64,000 bases of DNA from Pseudomonadota bacterium (lineage in GTDB: Bacteria > Myxococcota_A > UBA9042 > CAIXZC01), in contig JBDRIT010000025.1 of the NCBI GenBank assembly GCA_043815665.1, positions 67,487 to 131,486 of the forward strand, written 5' to 3'. The notes beneath the pieces are model-generated. The model was not told where the DNA came from. It did no database searches and worked only from the letters and a program-made list of their open reading frames with translations. This document shows, piece by piece, positions 26,341 to 36,087 of this stretch (position 1 is its first letter; the number at the start of each line of letters is the position of its first letter). The position numbers were made by a program, and so were the translations under genes.

Positions 26341-29334
26341 CTATTCATTCGGGAGCGTCGGAGCGAGGTGGATCTCCACCCGCCGGTTCCTGGCCCGTCC
26401 CTCGTCCGTGTCCGCAGGATCGACGAGGTCTGCGTCGCTGACCCCCACAACCTCGAGGATCTCGTCGGCGAGACCTGCACGCTGGAGGGCGGCCCCTACG
26501 GACCGGGCGCGCTCGAGGGAGATCTCGCGCTTCGACTCCGGCGTCCCCACCTGATCCGAATGCCCTTCGATCCGCAGGCGGAGCGGCGGCAGGCTACGGA
26601 GAAGGTCCACCGCGCTCCTGAGGGCCTCCACGGTCTCCCCGGGGAGGCTCACGGAGCTTCGCGGGAAGGGGACCGGGCGGAGGGCGCCCTCCAGATCCAC
26701 CATCCCCGGAGGGATCCGCGCCGGCGGGTCGGGCTCGGGGCAGCCGTCACCGTCCCGGTCCCCGTCGGGGTCCTCGGCCTCATCCTGGCAGAGATCGAAG
26801 GGATCCGTGATCCCGTCGCCATCCCTGTCCGGGTGCTGTGCGTCCCGGTCTTCCACACCCCAGTCCGCCTCCGGCGCCTCCGGAGGCGGGCGCCCCCCGA
26901 AGTGCGTCCCCCAGGAGACCCCCAGGCGGCCCTCGGCGCGGTCCCCGAAGGCCGTGTCCGTGATCCAGTGCGGGGTCCACCGATACTCCACCCGCGCCTC
27001 CCTGCTGTTGGCGTCCGGGGGCGCGTTGTGGTGGTAGACCGTCTCCAGGTAGAGCTCCCGTGTCACCTGCTTCCCCACGGTGAGGATCGGGTTCGCGGCG
27101 GACCTCCCGAACCCCAGGCCGAGGTTGTCCACGCCGATGTTGTCGAAGAGCTGCCGCTTGAGATCCGGGTTGTGGTACCGCTCGACCATGGAGGCGACCT
27201 GTCGCCGGACCTCACCGTCGCGAGAATCAACCACGTCCACCCGCCCCAGGATCAGCAGGGTCATGATCTGGAACTCCGGGAGCGGGGGGCTCGACAGGAG
27301 GACCAGGTCGGGCCGGTGCCCGGGCCCGGCGACGCGGACCAGGACGTGGGTCCGCTGCACCCGCCCCCGGGCGACCACGTCCAGCACCGGCTCCAGGGGA
27401 CGCGCCTCCCGCTCAGCAGACGCGCGCCTGAGGTGGCCCTCCGCGAGGGTGATGCGCCCGGCCCGAAGTTCGAAGCGGTTGTCGAAGAGGTCGATCCAGC
27501 CCCCGGGGGTGAGGTCCAGGCCACCGTGGACCCGCACCAAGGGCCCCGTCCGCTCCGTGCGGAGGGTCCCCGTGAGCTCCAGGGACACCCCCGGCCCCCG
27601 CACCTTGACGGGCGTACCCAGCGCCAGCACCAGCCTCCGGATCTCCGACCCATCCGACCCCTCTGCCGAGGCGCCGTCCTCGCGGGAGCCGACCACGCGC
27701 ACCGCAGGGTTCGTCGGAATGGCGCGGGGCTCCGGCACCTCGTCGTCGGTGATCCGGACCGCGCCCTTCACGACCGTCACGGTGAGGGTCCGCTCACCCG
27801 GGCGTGCGGTGAGACCGAGGTCCGCGACTGCAGTCAGGAGGACCACGGGCAACCCCTCCCGCAGCACCGGGAACCGCTGGAGTTTGAGCGCGGCCGTCCC
27901 GGTCAGGGTCGACGCGCTCCAGAGGGGTGCGTCCCCGGGGGTCCCCGCCGGGGTCGGATCCCAGGACAGGGCGCCGCGCCCCAGGACCTCCCCGGGCGCG
28001 GCCAAGGCAACCAGCTCGTCAATCTCCAGGGTCGTCCCGTGCACCCTCGCCCGCGCTCGGACCCCCCGCAGCCGCCGCCCGACGGGCAGCAGGTCGAAGG
28101 CTGCGTCCTCCACGGAGAGGGTGCCATCGAGCACAGGCGCCCCCAGAGTCCCGGACAAGCGGACCCCGCCGTGGACGCTGCCGCGGCCCCCGTCCAGGCC
28201 AGCCCCCAGGAAGGGGACCACCCGCCCGGCGGGGAGGTCCGCGGACAAGGTCCCATGCACCGGCGCGTCGACCAGGGACACCCCGGCCCTCCGGAGCCCG
28301 AGGAGAGGCATCCCGGCGGTCAGGTCGAGGTCGATCTCGCCCTCCCCCAGGGTGGCCCTGAGACGCTGGGTGTCCGGACCCGCCTCGAAGTGCGCGTCCA
28401 GGTCGACCCGGTCGCTGCCGGCCGCCACCGCCCCCTGCAGGGTCGCATCGATCCGGAGATCGTCCAGGGTTCCGGCGCCCCGCAGGGTGAAGCCCAGGAG
28501 GAAGTCGAGGTCCGGAGGAGCGCGCCAGAAGGGGCGGAGGAGGGACGGATCGATGACCCCCGCGGTCACGGAGATCCGGTGCTCCTCGTGGTCCCGCCAG
28601 GTCAGGCCGCCCCCGAGGAGGTCGAGACCGACAGGGAGCTCCCCGTCCAGGGTCAGGGCGGGGTCGTCCTCGGAGCCCCACAGCAGGTGCACCCGGGACC
28701 GGCCGGCGCTGTGCTGGACACGGGCCTCCACCGCACCGAGGACCGCGCCCCCCCAGGTTGCGTCCGCGACGCTCAGATCCAGCTCCAGGGCCGGCGCCCG
28801 GGGGTCCCCCGAGAGGCGGATCTCGCCCTGCAAGGTGCCGCCCAGGGGGGCCCAGCCCAGGACCTCGCCGAGGGCCCCGAGATCCACGCCATCCACGCGC
28901 AGCGCCGCGGCCAGGGGCCCTGGACCCAGCGAGATCGTTCCCTGGGACAGCTCCACTGCGGCCTCGAAGGTGGCGTCGAGGGCCAGGCGGCCGATGCCGC
29001 CCTCCACCACGGCGGACAGCTCCCCGGGGGAGCCGGCCGGGGACCAGAGCTCCAGGGAGAGCGCGCCCAGGGGCACCCCCCCCACGTGGAGCTCCTCCAC
29101 CCTGCAGCGGAGGAGCCGATGCATGCCGGCGTCGTCCATGACCACGGCGAGTCGGACCTCCACCACCCCGTCGACTGCCTCGAGGGCCGGCCAGTCACTG
29201 AGCAGGCTCGCCAGGGAGCTGCGCCAGGACAGGTGCAGGTCCGGATCCTCCGCCACGACCTCCCGCTGGGGCGCACCCCAGGCCACCGCCGGCAGGAGCA
29301 GACAGGCGACCAGGAGAATCTGCCGGGCGCTCAA
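26341..29334 (-). CDS. TamB-like translocation/assembly module protein (DUF490) with TSP3-type Asp repeats and C-terminal OmpA-like peptidoglycan-binding domain
   Basis: N-terminal signal-anchor. A long beta-rich body. DUF490-like ...VTRELYLETVYHH..., then DRDGDGITDPFD...DPDGDRDGDG, then OmpA_C (LRIEGHSDQVG...NRRVEI). Confidence 0.7.
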   Translation of the reverse strand: MSARQILLVACLLLPAVAWGAPQREVVAEDPDLHLSWRSSLASLLSDWPALEAVDGVVEVRLAVVMDDAGMHRLLRCRVEELHVGGVPLGALSLELWSPAGSPGELSAVVEGGIGRLALDATFEAAVELSQGTISLGPGPLAAALRVDGVDLGALGEVLGWAPLGGTLQGEIRLSGDPRAPALELDLSVADATWGGAVLGAVEARVQHSAGRSRVHLLWGSEDDPALTLDGELPVGLDLLGGGLTWRDHEEHRISVTAGVIDPSLLRPFWRAPPDLDFLLGFTLRGAGTLDDLRIDATLQGAVAAGSDRVDLDAHFEAGPDTQRLRATLGEGEIDLDLTAGMPLLGLRRAGVSLVDAPVHGTLSADLPAGRVVPFLGAGLDGGRGSVHGGVRLSGTLGAPVLDGTLSVEDAAFDLLPVGRRLRGVRARARVHGTTLEIDELVALAAPGEVLGRGALSWDPTPAGTPGDAPLWSASTLTGTAALKLQRFPVLREGLPVVLLTAVADLGLTARPGERTLTVTVVKGAVRITDDEVPEPRAIPTNPAVRVVGSREDGASAEGSDGSEIRRLVLALGTPVKVRGPGVSLELTGTLRTERTGPLVRVHGGLDLTPGGWIDLFDNRFELRAGRITLAEGHLRRASAEREARPLEPVLDVVARGRVQRTHVLVRVAGPGHRPDLVLLSSPPLPEFQIMTLLILGRVDVVDSRDGEVRRQVASMVERYHNPDLKRQLFDNIGVDNLGLGFGRSAANPILTVGKQVTRELYLETVYHHNAPPDANSREARVEYRWTPHWITDTAFGDRAEGRLGVSWGTHFGGRPPPEAPEADWGVEDRDAQHPDRDGDGITDPFDLCQDEAEDPDGDRDGDGCPEPDPPARIPPGMVDLEGALRPVPFPRSSVSLPGETVEALRSAVDLLRSLPPLRLRIEGHSDQVGTPESKREISLERARSVGAALQRAGLADEILEVVGVSDADLVDPADTDEGRARNRRVEIHLAPTLPNE

Positions 29335-31253
29335 AATGTCTCCCCGAAGCCGAAGTAGATCCCCCAGGCCGGCTCATCGGGGTAGACCCCCGGGTCGTTG
29401 AGGCGGAAGCCGGCGTCCAGGCGCAGCAGTCCGATGGGGCTGGTCACACGGATCCCGGGCCCCGCGGAGACGTTCCACTCCTCGGGGCGCCAAGTCGCCT
29501 GTCCCGCCTGGACGTCCCCGAAGTCCAGAAAACCCACCAGGTGGATCATGGTGATGATCTTGAGGCGGAGCTCGAGGTTGCCCTGGATCATGGTGGCCCC
29601 ACCCACGGGGATCGAGGTGCACGTCCCCTGGTCGTCGCACTCCTCGACCCTGGGTGAGAGGCGCCGGTTGCCCCAGCCCCGCACCGTGTCCGCACCGCCG
29701 AGGTAGAGGGTGTGGGTCAGGGGCGCGCCCGGGTTCTGGCCGAAGGTCAGGATGAGGCCTGTACGCAGCTTGGCCGCCACCTGGAGACGGCCCCAGGGGC
29801 GCCACCAGGCACGCACCCCGCCCAGGAGGCGCTGGAAGTCGTAGTCGCTGCCCAGGTACTTCGCCGCCACGAGGTAGGAGGCGTCCAGGGTGACGCCATT
29901 CCTGGGCGTGAGGATCGAGTCCGTGAACCAGGCCGCGGCCTGGAGCTCCACATAGCCCAGGAGGAACGGGTCCCGGAAGTCCCGGCCCAGCAGGGACGCC
30001 TGGGCGTCCAACGCCGGGGTGGTCGCGAAGAAGTCCACGAAGCGGATGTTGTGGCTCACGCCCAGCTGGTATCGGCCGGCGAACCAGCGACTCACCCCGA
30101 TCCGGTTCGCCGGAGAGTAGTACTGGTAGCCCTCCTGGATGTCCACGTCGAAGCGCGGCGTGAGCTCCCAGATCAGGTGCTTCTCCAGGAGGCCCTTCCG
30201 GGTGAACCGGGGCACCAGGGAGACCGCGGGGCCGTGCTGGAGGGGCGCCCAGGGGTTGGGCAGCTCCGCCCAGCCGGCGAGGACCGTCGCGTCGAGGCGC
30301 ACCAGGCGCCCGAAGAGGTTGGTGTGGGTGTACTCCGCCGCGATCTGCTCCTGCCAGCGGGAGGTCTCGACGGCCAGCCGGACGCCCACGCGGACGCTCT
30401 GGGGATCCGCCTCGTCCACCCGGATCGTGACCTGGACGCCGCCACGATCCACTTCGGTCGCAGGCTGGACCGCGACCCATCGGAAGACCCGGGTGCTCTT
30501 CAGGGCCGTCTCGATCTGCTGGATCAGCGCCGGGGTGTAGAGGGCCCCGAGGGCGAAGTCGATCTCGTTGCGCGCCAGGTTCTCCGGGACCCGGTCCAGC
30601 CCCTCAAAGCGGATCCCGGAGAGGAGGGCGGCGGGTCCCGGATCGACCTCCAGGACCACGTCCGCCTTGCGCGTGAGGGGGTGGACCTCCGCGCTCCCCC
30701 GCACGCGGGCCAGGGGATGACCCCGGTTGCGCAGGGTCTGGGAGAGTCTGCCCACGGTCGCGTTGAGTCTGTCCACCTCCCAGGGGCCACCGGGGTCGAG
30801 GGTGACCATGGTCTCGAGATCCTCCCGCACGGGCGGAGGAAGCGGACACCCGGGCGCCCACCGGACATCGATCCCGCTGACCCGGGTTCGGGGGCCCTCA
30901 TCGACGACGATCCGCAGGCCGGCGCGGCGCCGTCGGCGGTCGAGGCGCGTCTCCACCGCGAGGACCTTCGCGTCGAGGAAGCCGTAGGCGCGGTAGAGCG
31001 CCTCGATGCGGTCGGCGTCGATGCCCACGATGCCGTCGTCGAGATGGTAGGTCGGCGCGGTCGGCATCCAACGCGTCACGCCGAGGTGGAGATGCTCCAG
31101 GAGGGTCTCCTGGTCAAAGCGCGTCACCCCGACGAGCTCCACCCCCTTGATCCGGTAGCCGGACCGCAGCACATGGCGCTCCTTCCGGCCACACCCGGGT
31201 GCGAGGAAGAGAGCGGCGAGGAGGAGGAGCGTGAAGCGGGCGCGTCGGGGCAA
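29331..31253 (-). CDS. Omp85-family outer membrane protein (BamA/TamA-like; POTRA + beta-barrel)
   Basis: 640 aa with a lipobox/signal start. POTRA-like N-terminus. C-terminal surface-antigen barrel ending ...GIYFGFGETF. 4-nt overlap with the TamB-like gene. Confidence 0.8.
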   Translation of the reverse strand: MPRRARFTLLLLAALFLAPGCGRKERHVLRSGYRIKGVELVGVTRFDQETLLEHLHLGVTRWMPTAPTYHLDDGIVGIDADRIEALYRAYGFLDAKVLAVETRLDRRRRRAGLRIVVDEGPRTRVSGIDVRWAPGCPLPPPVREDLETMVTLDPGGPWEVDRLNATVGRLSQTLRNRGHPLARVRGSAEVHPLTRKADVVLEVDPGPAALLSGIRFEGLDRVPENLARNEIDFALGALYTPALIQQIETALKSTRVFRWVAVQPATEVDRGGVQVTIRVDEADPQSVRVGVRLAVETSRWQEQIAAEYTHTNLFGRLVRLDATVLAGWAELPNPWAPLQHGPAVSLVPRFTRKGLLEKHLIWELTPRFDVDIQEGYQYYSPANRIGVSRWFAGRYQLGVSHNIRFVDFFATTPALDAQASLLGRDFRDPFLLGYVELQAAAWFTDSILTPRNGVTLDASYLVAAKYLGSDYDFQRLLGGVRAWWRPWGRLQVAAKLRTGLILTFGQNPGAPLTHTLYLGGADTVRGWGNRRLSPRVEECDDQGTCTSIPVGGATMIQGNLELRLKIITMIHLVGFLDFGDVQAGQATWRPEEWNVSAGPGIRVTSPIGLLRLDAGFRLNDPGVYPDEPAWGIYFGFGETF

Positions 31254-31260
31254 GACGATC

Positions 31261-33333
31261 TCAGCCGTCCGCGTTGAACTGGGCTTGGATCTCCTTGACG
31301 ATGGGGGTGGACGCCTTGTCCTCGGAGAAGAGCCAGAGGCGGACCTCGAGGTACTTCCCGTCCATCGCAGGGAGGATCGAGAGATCCAGGGGGAAGGTGT
31401 CCGGCGGGAAGGGCCCGAACATGCCCTGCCAGGGCGTGACCTCGAGGACCTCCTCGGTCATGGCGGTGCGGACCTCCACCATGATGTTCGCACCGACGGG
31501 GATCTCCGCGTTCACCCAGAGGGACTCCCACTTGACCCGGATCTCGGACCAGCCGCCCAGGGTGGTGGAATAGGAGCCCTGGGGCGCGGTGAAGTTCTGC
31601 AACGCGTAGCCGGTCATGTCCGAGTAGGTGTACGGGCTCTGCCCCACGGGGTAGGGCCCGAACTTCTGGCCGGTATGGGGGTCGATCTTCATCGCGTTGC
31701 TGGAGCCGTAGTTCACCGCCCAGACGTATCCCCCGGAGTCCAGGGCCACGCCGATGGGCGTGTTCCCCGGGGAGATGTCCAGGATGGAGACCTGGAGGGT
31801 GTCGATATCGACCTTGGCGATGCTCGAGCCGCCGCACCCGAGCCCGGAGTACATGTACCCGTCCGTGGAGCCGGCCATGCCCCGGGGGCAATGACCGCTC
31901 AGGTTCTGGGTGATGGCGTTGAACTGGTTGGTCTGCGGGTTGAACCGGGTGATGCAGTTGGCGCTGTAGTGGCCGATCCACACCATCCCGTTCATGTCCA
32001 CGGTGATCCCGTAGAGGCTGTTGCAGGGCGGCGACCAGGACTGGACCTGGGCCGGCTCCACGTTGGGATCGACCCGCACGAGCTTGTCGCCGCCGCGGCC
32101 GCTCACCCAGATGACGCCTTCGCCGTCGAGGACGAGGCCGTAGGGGTTCGCGGGGATGCTCACCTGGTGGGTCTGGATCCCGGTGTCCGGCGTGAGGCGC
32201 CGCAGGATCTGCTGGTTCCACATGCCCACCCAGACGTGGTTGTCCGCGTCGACCCCCAGGGCCCGTGCGCAGGTGCCGCCGGGATACACGGTGAAGAGGA
32301 CGCACTCGTCCTGCCCAAAGGGCAGCATCTCGTTGGACTGGATCTGCCCGTCGCCGCTGGCGTCATTGGACGTGTCGATGACCCCGTTGCCGTTCAAGTC
32401 CACGCAGAGGGCCTCGTCGATCGCGATCTTCATGACGCCGCCGTCCGAGCGACAGCCCACCCAGGCGTTCCCGTAGAGGTCCACCGCGGTCCGGGAGGGG
32501 CTCCCGCACCCGTGGTACCGGCCGAGCTCCTTCCCGGTCTCCGTGTCCAGCTTCGACACAGTGGCCTCGCCGGAGTTGGCGATCCAGATGAAAGCCAGGT
32601 TGAGCTTGGTGGAGTCGAGGATCAGGAAGCCGTCGAGGTTGAGGCCCACGCCGTCGGAGTTCTCGTCTGTAGGGACGAAGGGGTTCTCCGAGTTCGGCCC
32701 CGCCTTCAGGGTGTCGCACATGGGGTCACAGTCGCCGCAGGGGGAGAGCACCCCCTCGTCCACCTGCCCGTCACAGTCATCGTCCAGGAGGTTGCAGGCC
32801 TCGGGCGTCGCCACCACCTGGCCCAGGCACTCGCTCCAGTACTGGCCGTCGCAGTACCGCTCCCCGAGGGAGCAGACCCCGATGCCGACCTCCGCGGGGT
32901 CACCCTCGTAGCAGAACTCCACGAGGTTGGGCTGCTCGCAGGGACAACCCGCGGTGGTCTGGTACGCGCAGGGCGGACAGTAGACGTTGAAATTCGGGTT
33001 CGACTCGTCGCAGTCGCCGCCGACGAAGCACCCGGGCCCGTACCCGTCGCCATCCAGATCCAGGCAGTCCTCCGGCAGCTGCCCGGTGTCGAGCCCGGGG
33101 ACGATCTCCGGGCCCCCCGCGTCGGGGATTGCTTCGGCGCTGTCGGGGTCACCCCAGATCACCTCGGGATCAGCGGGGTCACCCGCGTCCTCCCCCGGTT
33201 CGGATCCCGCTACGTCCTCCCCGTTCCAGCTGAATCCCGAGTCCTCGGGGGCAGAGCCTCCACCGGTCTTGTTGGACTTTCCGCACGCTGCGAGGGCAAC
33301 GATGACGAGCATGACGACGGTCGTTCGAGGCAT
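31261..33333 (-). CDS. lipoprotein with MopE-like Cys/Asp 'putative metal-binding' motifs and beta-propeller repeats
   Basis: MPRTTVVMLVIVALAAC lipobox. CLDLDGDGYGPGC...DCDESNP and CNLLDDDCDGQVDEG motifs. Repeated G..WV propeller-like blades. Confidence 0.7.
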   Translation of the reverse strand: MPRTTVVMLVIVALAACGKSNKTGGGSAPEDSGFSWNGEDVAGSEPGEDAGDPADPEVIWGDPDSAEAIPDAGGPEIVPGLDTGQLPEDCLDLDGDGYGPGCFVGGDCDESNPNFNVYCPPCAYQTTAGCPCEQPNLVEFCYEGDPAEVGIGVCSLGERYCDGQYWSECLGQVVATPEACNLLDDDCDGQVDEGVLSPCGDCDPMCDTLKAGPNSENPFVPTDENSDGVGLNLDGFLILDSTKLNLAFIWIANSGEATVSKLDTETGKELGRYHGCGSPSRTAVDLYGNAWVGCRSDGGVMKIAIDEALCVDLNGNGVIDTSNDASGDGQIQSNEMLPFGQDECVLFTVYPGGTCARALGVDADNHVWVGMWNQQILRRLTPDTGIQTHQVSIPANPYGLVLDGEGVIWVSGRGGDKLVRVDPNVEPAQVQSWSPPCNSLYGITVDMNGMVWIGHYSANCITRFNPQTNQFNAITQNLSGHCPRGMAGSTDGYMYSGLGCGGSSIAKVDIDTLQVSILDISPGNTPIGVALDSGGYVWAVNYGSSNAMKIDPHTGQKFGPYPVGQSPYTYSDMTGYALQNFTAPQGSYSTTLGGWSEIRVKWESLWVNAEIPVGANIMVEVRTAMTEEVLEVTPWQGMFGPFPPDTFPLDLSILPAMDGKYLEVRLWLFSEDKASTPIVKEIQAQFNADG

Positions 33334-33353
33334 GGCACACCTCCGTGCAGCCC

Positions 33354-33382
33354 ATTCTATAACTTCTGAATAATCATATCAA
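33354..33382 (-). promoter_or_regulatory. near-consensus sigma70-type promoter (TTGATA-N17-TAGAAT on minus strand) for the lipoprotein/Omp85/TamB operon
   Basis: The reverse complement of 33354-33382 reads TTGATA tgattattcagaagtta TAGAAT, about 20 nt before the GGAGGTG RBS and the ATG at 33333. It sits in an AT-rich divergent intergenic region. Confidence 0.45.
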
Positions 33383-33492
33383 TTAGGTTCGCTTGAAAAC
33401 GCCCCGGGTGCTGCTGGATCGGCCCGTGCACATGGAGCGATATTTGGTGTGCGCGGCGGCGAAACCTACAATCCCCCCTACGGAGGTGTGTC

Positions 33493-34284
33493 TTGAGTAC
33501 GGGGGAGGAACCGATCGTCGTCGTCGAGGAGCTGCGAAGGCGGTTCGGGGACAACGAGGTCCTCAAGGGGATCGACCTGCCCATCCCCGAGGGCCTGGTC
33601 ACGGTGATCATCGGCGCCTCGGGCTCCGGGAAGTCCGTGCTCGTGAAGCACATCATCGGGTTGCTCCTGCCCACGTCCGGACGAATCCTGTTTCGGGGGA
33701 ATGATGTGACGTCGATGTCGAGACGAGCGCGGGACCGGATCCGGCACCACTTCGGGATGCTGTTCCAGCACTCCGCGCTCTTCGACTCCATGAGCGTCGA
33801 GGAGAACATCGCGTTCCCCCTGGTGGAGCACACCCGGAAGACCCGCAAGGAGATCCGGCGGGTCGTCGCAGAGAAGCTCGAGCTCCTCGGGCTCTCCGGG
33901 ATCGAGCGGATGAACCCCTCGGACCTCAGCGGCGGCATGCGCAAACGCGTCGGTCTCGCTCGGGCCATCGTCCTCAACCCCGACGTCCTGATCTACGACG
34001 AGCCCACCACGGGCCTGGACCCCATCACCACCATCCAGGTGGACCGGATGATCAAGGAGGCCCAGCAGAAACTCCACGTCACCTCCGTGGTCATCAGCCA
34101 CGACATGGCCTCTACCTTCCGCATCGCAGACCAGGTGGCCATGATCCACGATGGCCGCATCGTCGAGCGGTGCCCGCCGGACGCGTTCCGAGTGAGCGCG
34201 AAGCCCGAGGTCCGGGAGTTCCTCATGGCCTCCTCCCTGGGGGGCGATGGCCTCGCGCTCATGGAGCGGGAGGACGCATCATGA
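33493..34284 (+). CDS. ABC transporter ATP-binding protein, MlaF-like
   Basis: Walker A GASGSGKS, signature LSGGMRKRV, Walker B LIYDEPTTGLD. TTG start after a GGAGGTG RBS. Confidence 0.9.
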   Translation: MSTGEEPIVVVEELRRRFGDNEVLKGIDLPIPEGLVTVIIGASGSGKSVLVKHIIGLLLPTSGRILFRGNDVTSMSRRARDRIRHHFGMLFQHSALFDSMSVEENIAFPLVEHTRKTRKEIRRVVAEKLELLGLSGIERMNPSDLSGGMRKRVGLARAIVLNPDVLIYDEPTTGLDPITTIQVDRMIKEAQQKLHVTSVVISHDMASTFRIADQVAMIHDGRIVERCPPDAFRVSAKPEVREFLMASSLGGDGLALMEREDAS

Positions 34285-36086
34285 AGCGCCTCTACGCGCC
34301 CCTCTCCGTGGGTGTCATGCTCGTGCTGGGGGTGGCCGGCCTCCTCTACGCGCTCGGAGAGATCCGGGGGACAACCTACGACGCCACGAACTCCTACACC
34401 GTCTGGGCCCGCTTCAGCGACGCGTCGGGCCTCGCTGTGGACTCGTCGGTGACCATGGCCGGCATCCAGGTCGGGGTCATCGAGGCCATCGTTCTGGAGC
34501 AGGATGCGACGGGGCAGGTCTCCGCAAAGGTGACCCTCAGGGTCAAGAACGACGTCTCCCTGCGCTCGGGCGGCCCCGGGGAGTCCGGCCCAAACGAGGG
34601 CGGCGCCGTGGTCTTCAGGGAGAACTCCTCGATCCTGGGTGACTACTTCCTCTCGTTGCTGCCGGGGGTCCAGGGCGGGAAGCTCGCAGCAGGAGACGAG
34701 ATCCCGAAGGTGGTCGGGAAGACGGGCCTCGACGCGGTCATGGAGCAGCTCTCCAAGGTCAAGGACCTCTACCCGAAGATGGAGAAGATCGTCACCAACC
34801 TCGCCGACGTCAGCGAGGGCCTGTCCACGGCCATGGGTGGGAAGGACGGCGGCGAGAGACTCAAGGTGATCGTCGAGAACGCAGGGCGCATCAGCGAGGA
34901 CATGAAGCAGATCTCGGACGACGTGAAGCGGGTATCGGGTGCGATGAAGGGCTTCGTGGACGACGGCACCGTGAACACCATCGCCATGGATCTGGCCTCC
35001 ACCTCCCGGGACGCCGCCTCCGTGGTCGGCCGGATCGACGAGCTCATGAGCGCCGGGGACGTAGAGCAGCTCGTCGCCAACCTCGTGGAGACCTCCGAGG
35101 CCATCTCCCGGTTCGGCAAGGACCTCGAGGAGCTGGTCGAGAGCGGCATCAAGCCGCAGATCTCCAAGCTGGACCGGACCTTCGGCAACCTGGACCGCTT
35201 CGCGTCCAACATCGCCACCCTCTCGGACCACGGCGGCAGGACCCTGGGACAGACCCTGGACAACTTCAAGACCATCTCCGAGGAGGCCCTCGCGGTCATC
35301 GGCCGCTCCAAGGGCGACGTGGAGACCTCCCTGGGCACCCTCAAGGGGACCCTGGCCGCGGCCCAGGGCTCCATCGGAAAGCTGGACGAGGTCCTGGACG
35401 ACGTGCGGGCCGTGACCCGGGACGTGCGGGCGGGCAAGGGCACCATCGGGCGGCTCCTCACCGACGACAAGCTCATCGGACAGGTCGAGGAGGTCGTGGA
35501 CGACACCGCGAGCTTCATCAAGCAGTACACCCTGATGCAGACCCACGTGCAGATGTCCTCGGCCTGGTACTGGAACCAGCAGGCGGCGCGCACGGCCTTC
35601 GAGCTGCGGTTCCAGCCGAAGGACGACAAGTACTACCTCTTCCAGCTCGTGGACGACCCCCGGGGCTCGACGAAGCAGACCACCACGGTCACCCAGACCA
35701 ACGATCCGGCCCTCCCGTCGGTCCTCAAAGAGAACGAGACCAGGACCACGTCGTCCTTGAAGTTCACGTTCCAGTTCGCCAAGCGCTGGTACTTCCTCAC
35801 CGGACGCTTCGGGATCATGGAGAACACCGGGGGGGCCGGCGTGGACTTCACGTTCTTCCGGGACCGCCTGGACTTCCAGTTCGACCTCTTCGACTTCGCG
35901 ATGGACCACAACCCGCGGCTGCGCACCCAGGTGGCCTTCGAGGTGATCCGGCACCTGTTCCTCTACGGCGGCGTGGACGACCTCGTGAACCCCAGGATGC
36001 GGGACTACTACTTCGGCGCGGGCCTCCGGTTCACCGACGAGGACATCCGCTCCCTCCTCATGGCGGCCCCGTCCCTCAACCTCTGA
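34281..36086 (+). CDS. MCE/MlaD-family protein with long coiled-coil-rich C-terminus
   Basis: N-terminal TM, then an MCE domain (TVWARFSDASGLAVDSSVTMAGIQVGVIEAI). ATGA overlap with the MlaF-like gene. Confidence 0.8.
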   Translation: MKRLYAPLSVGVMLVLGVAGLLYALGEIRGTTYDATNSYTVWARFSDASGLAVDSSVTMAGIQVGVIEAIVLEQDATGQVSAKVTLRVKNDVSLRSGGPGESGPNEGGAVVFRENSSILGDYFLSLLPGVQGGKLAAGDEIPKVVGKTGLDAVMEQLSKVKDLYPKMEKIVTNLADVSEGLSTAMGGKDGGERLKVIVENAGRISEDMKQISDDVKRVSGAMKGFVDDGTVNTIAMDLASTSRDAASVVGRIDELMSAGDVEQLVANLVETSEAISRFGKDLEELVESGIKPQISKLDRTFGNLDRFASNIATLSDHGGRTLGQTLDNFKTISEEALAVIGRSKGDVETSLGTLKGTLAAAQGSIGKLDEVLDDVRAVTRDVRAGKGTIGRLLTDDKLIGQVEEVVDDTASFIKQYTLMQTHVQMSSAWYWNQQAARTAFELRFQPKDDKYYLFQLVDDPRGSTKQTTTVTQTNDPALPSVLKENETRTTSSLKFTFQFAKRWYFLTGRFGIMENTGGAGVDFTFFRDRLDFQFDLFDFAMDHNPRLRTQVAFEVIRHLFLYGGVDDLVNPRMRDYYFGAGLRFTDEDIRSLLMAAPSLNL

Positions 36087-36087
36087 T

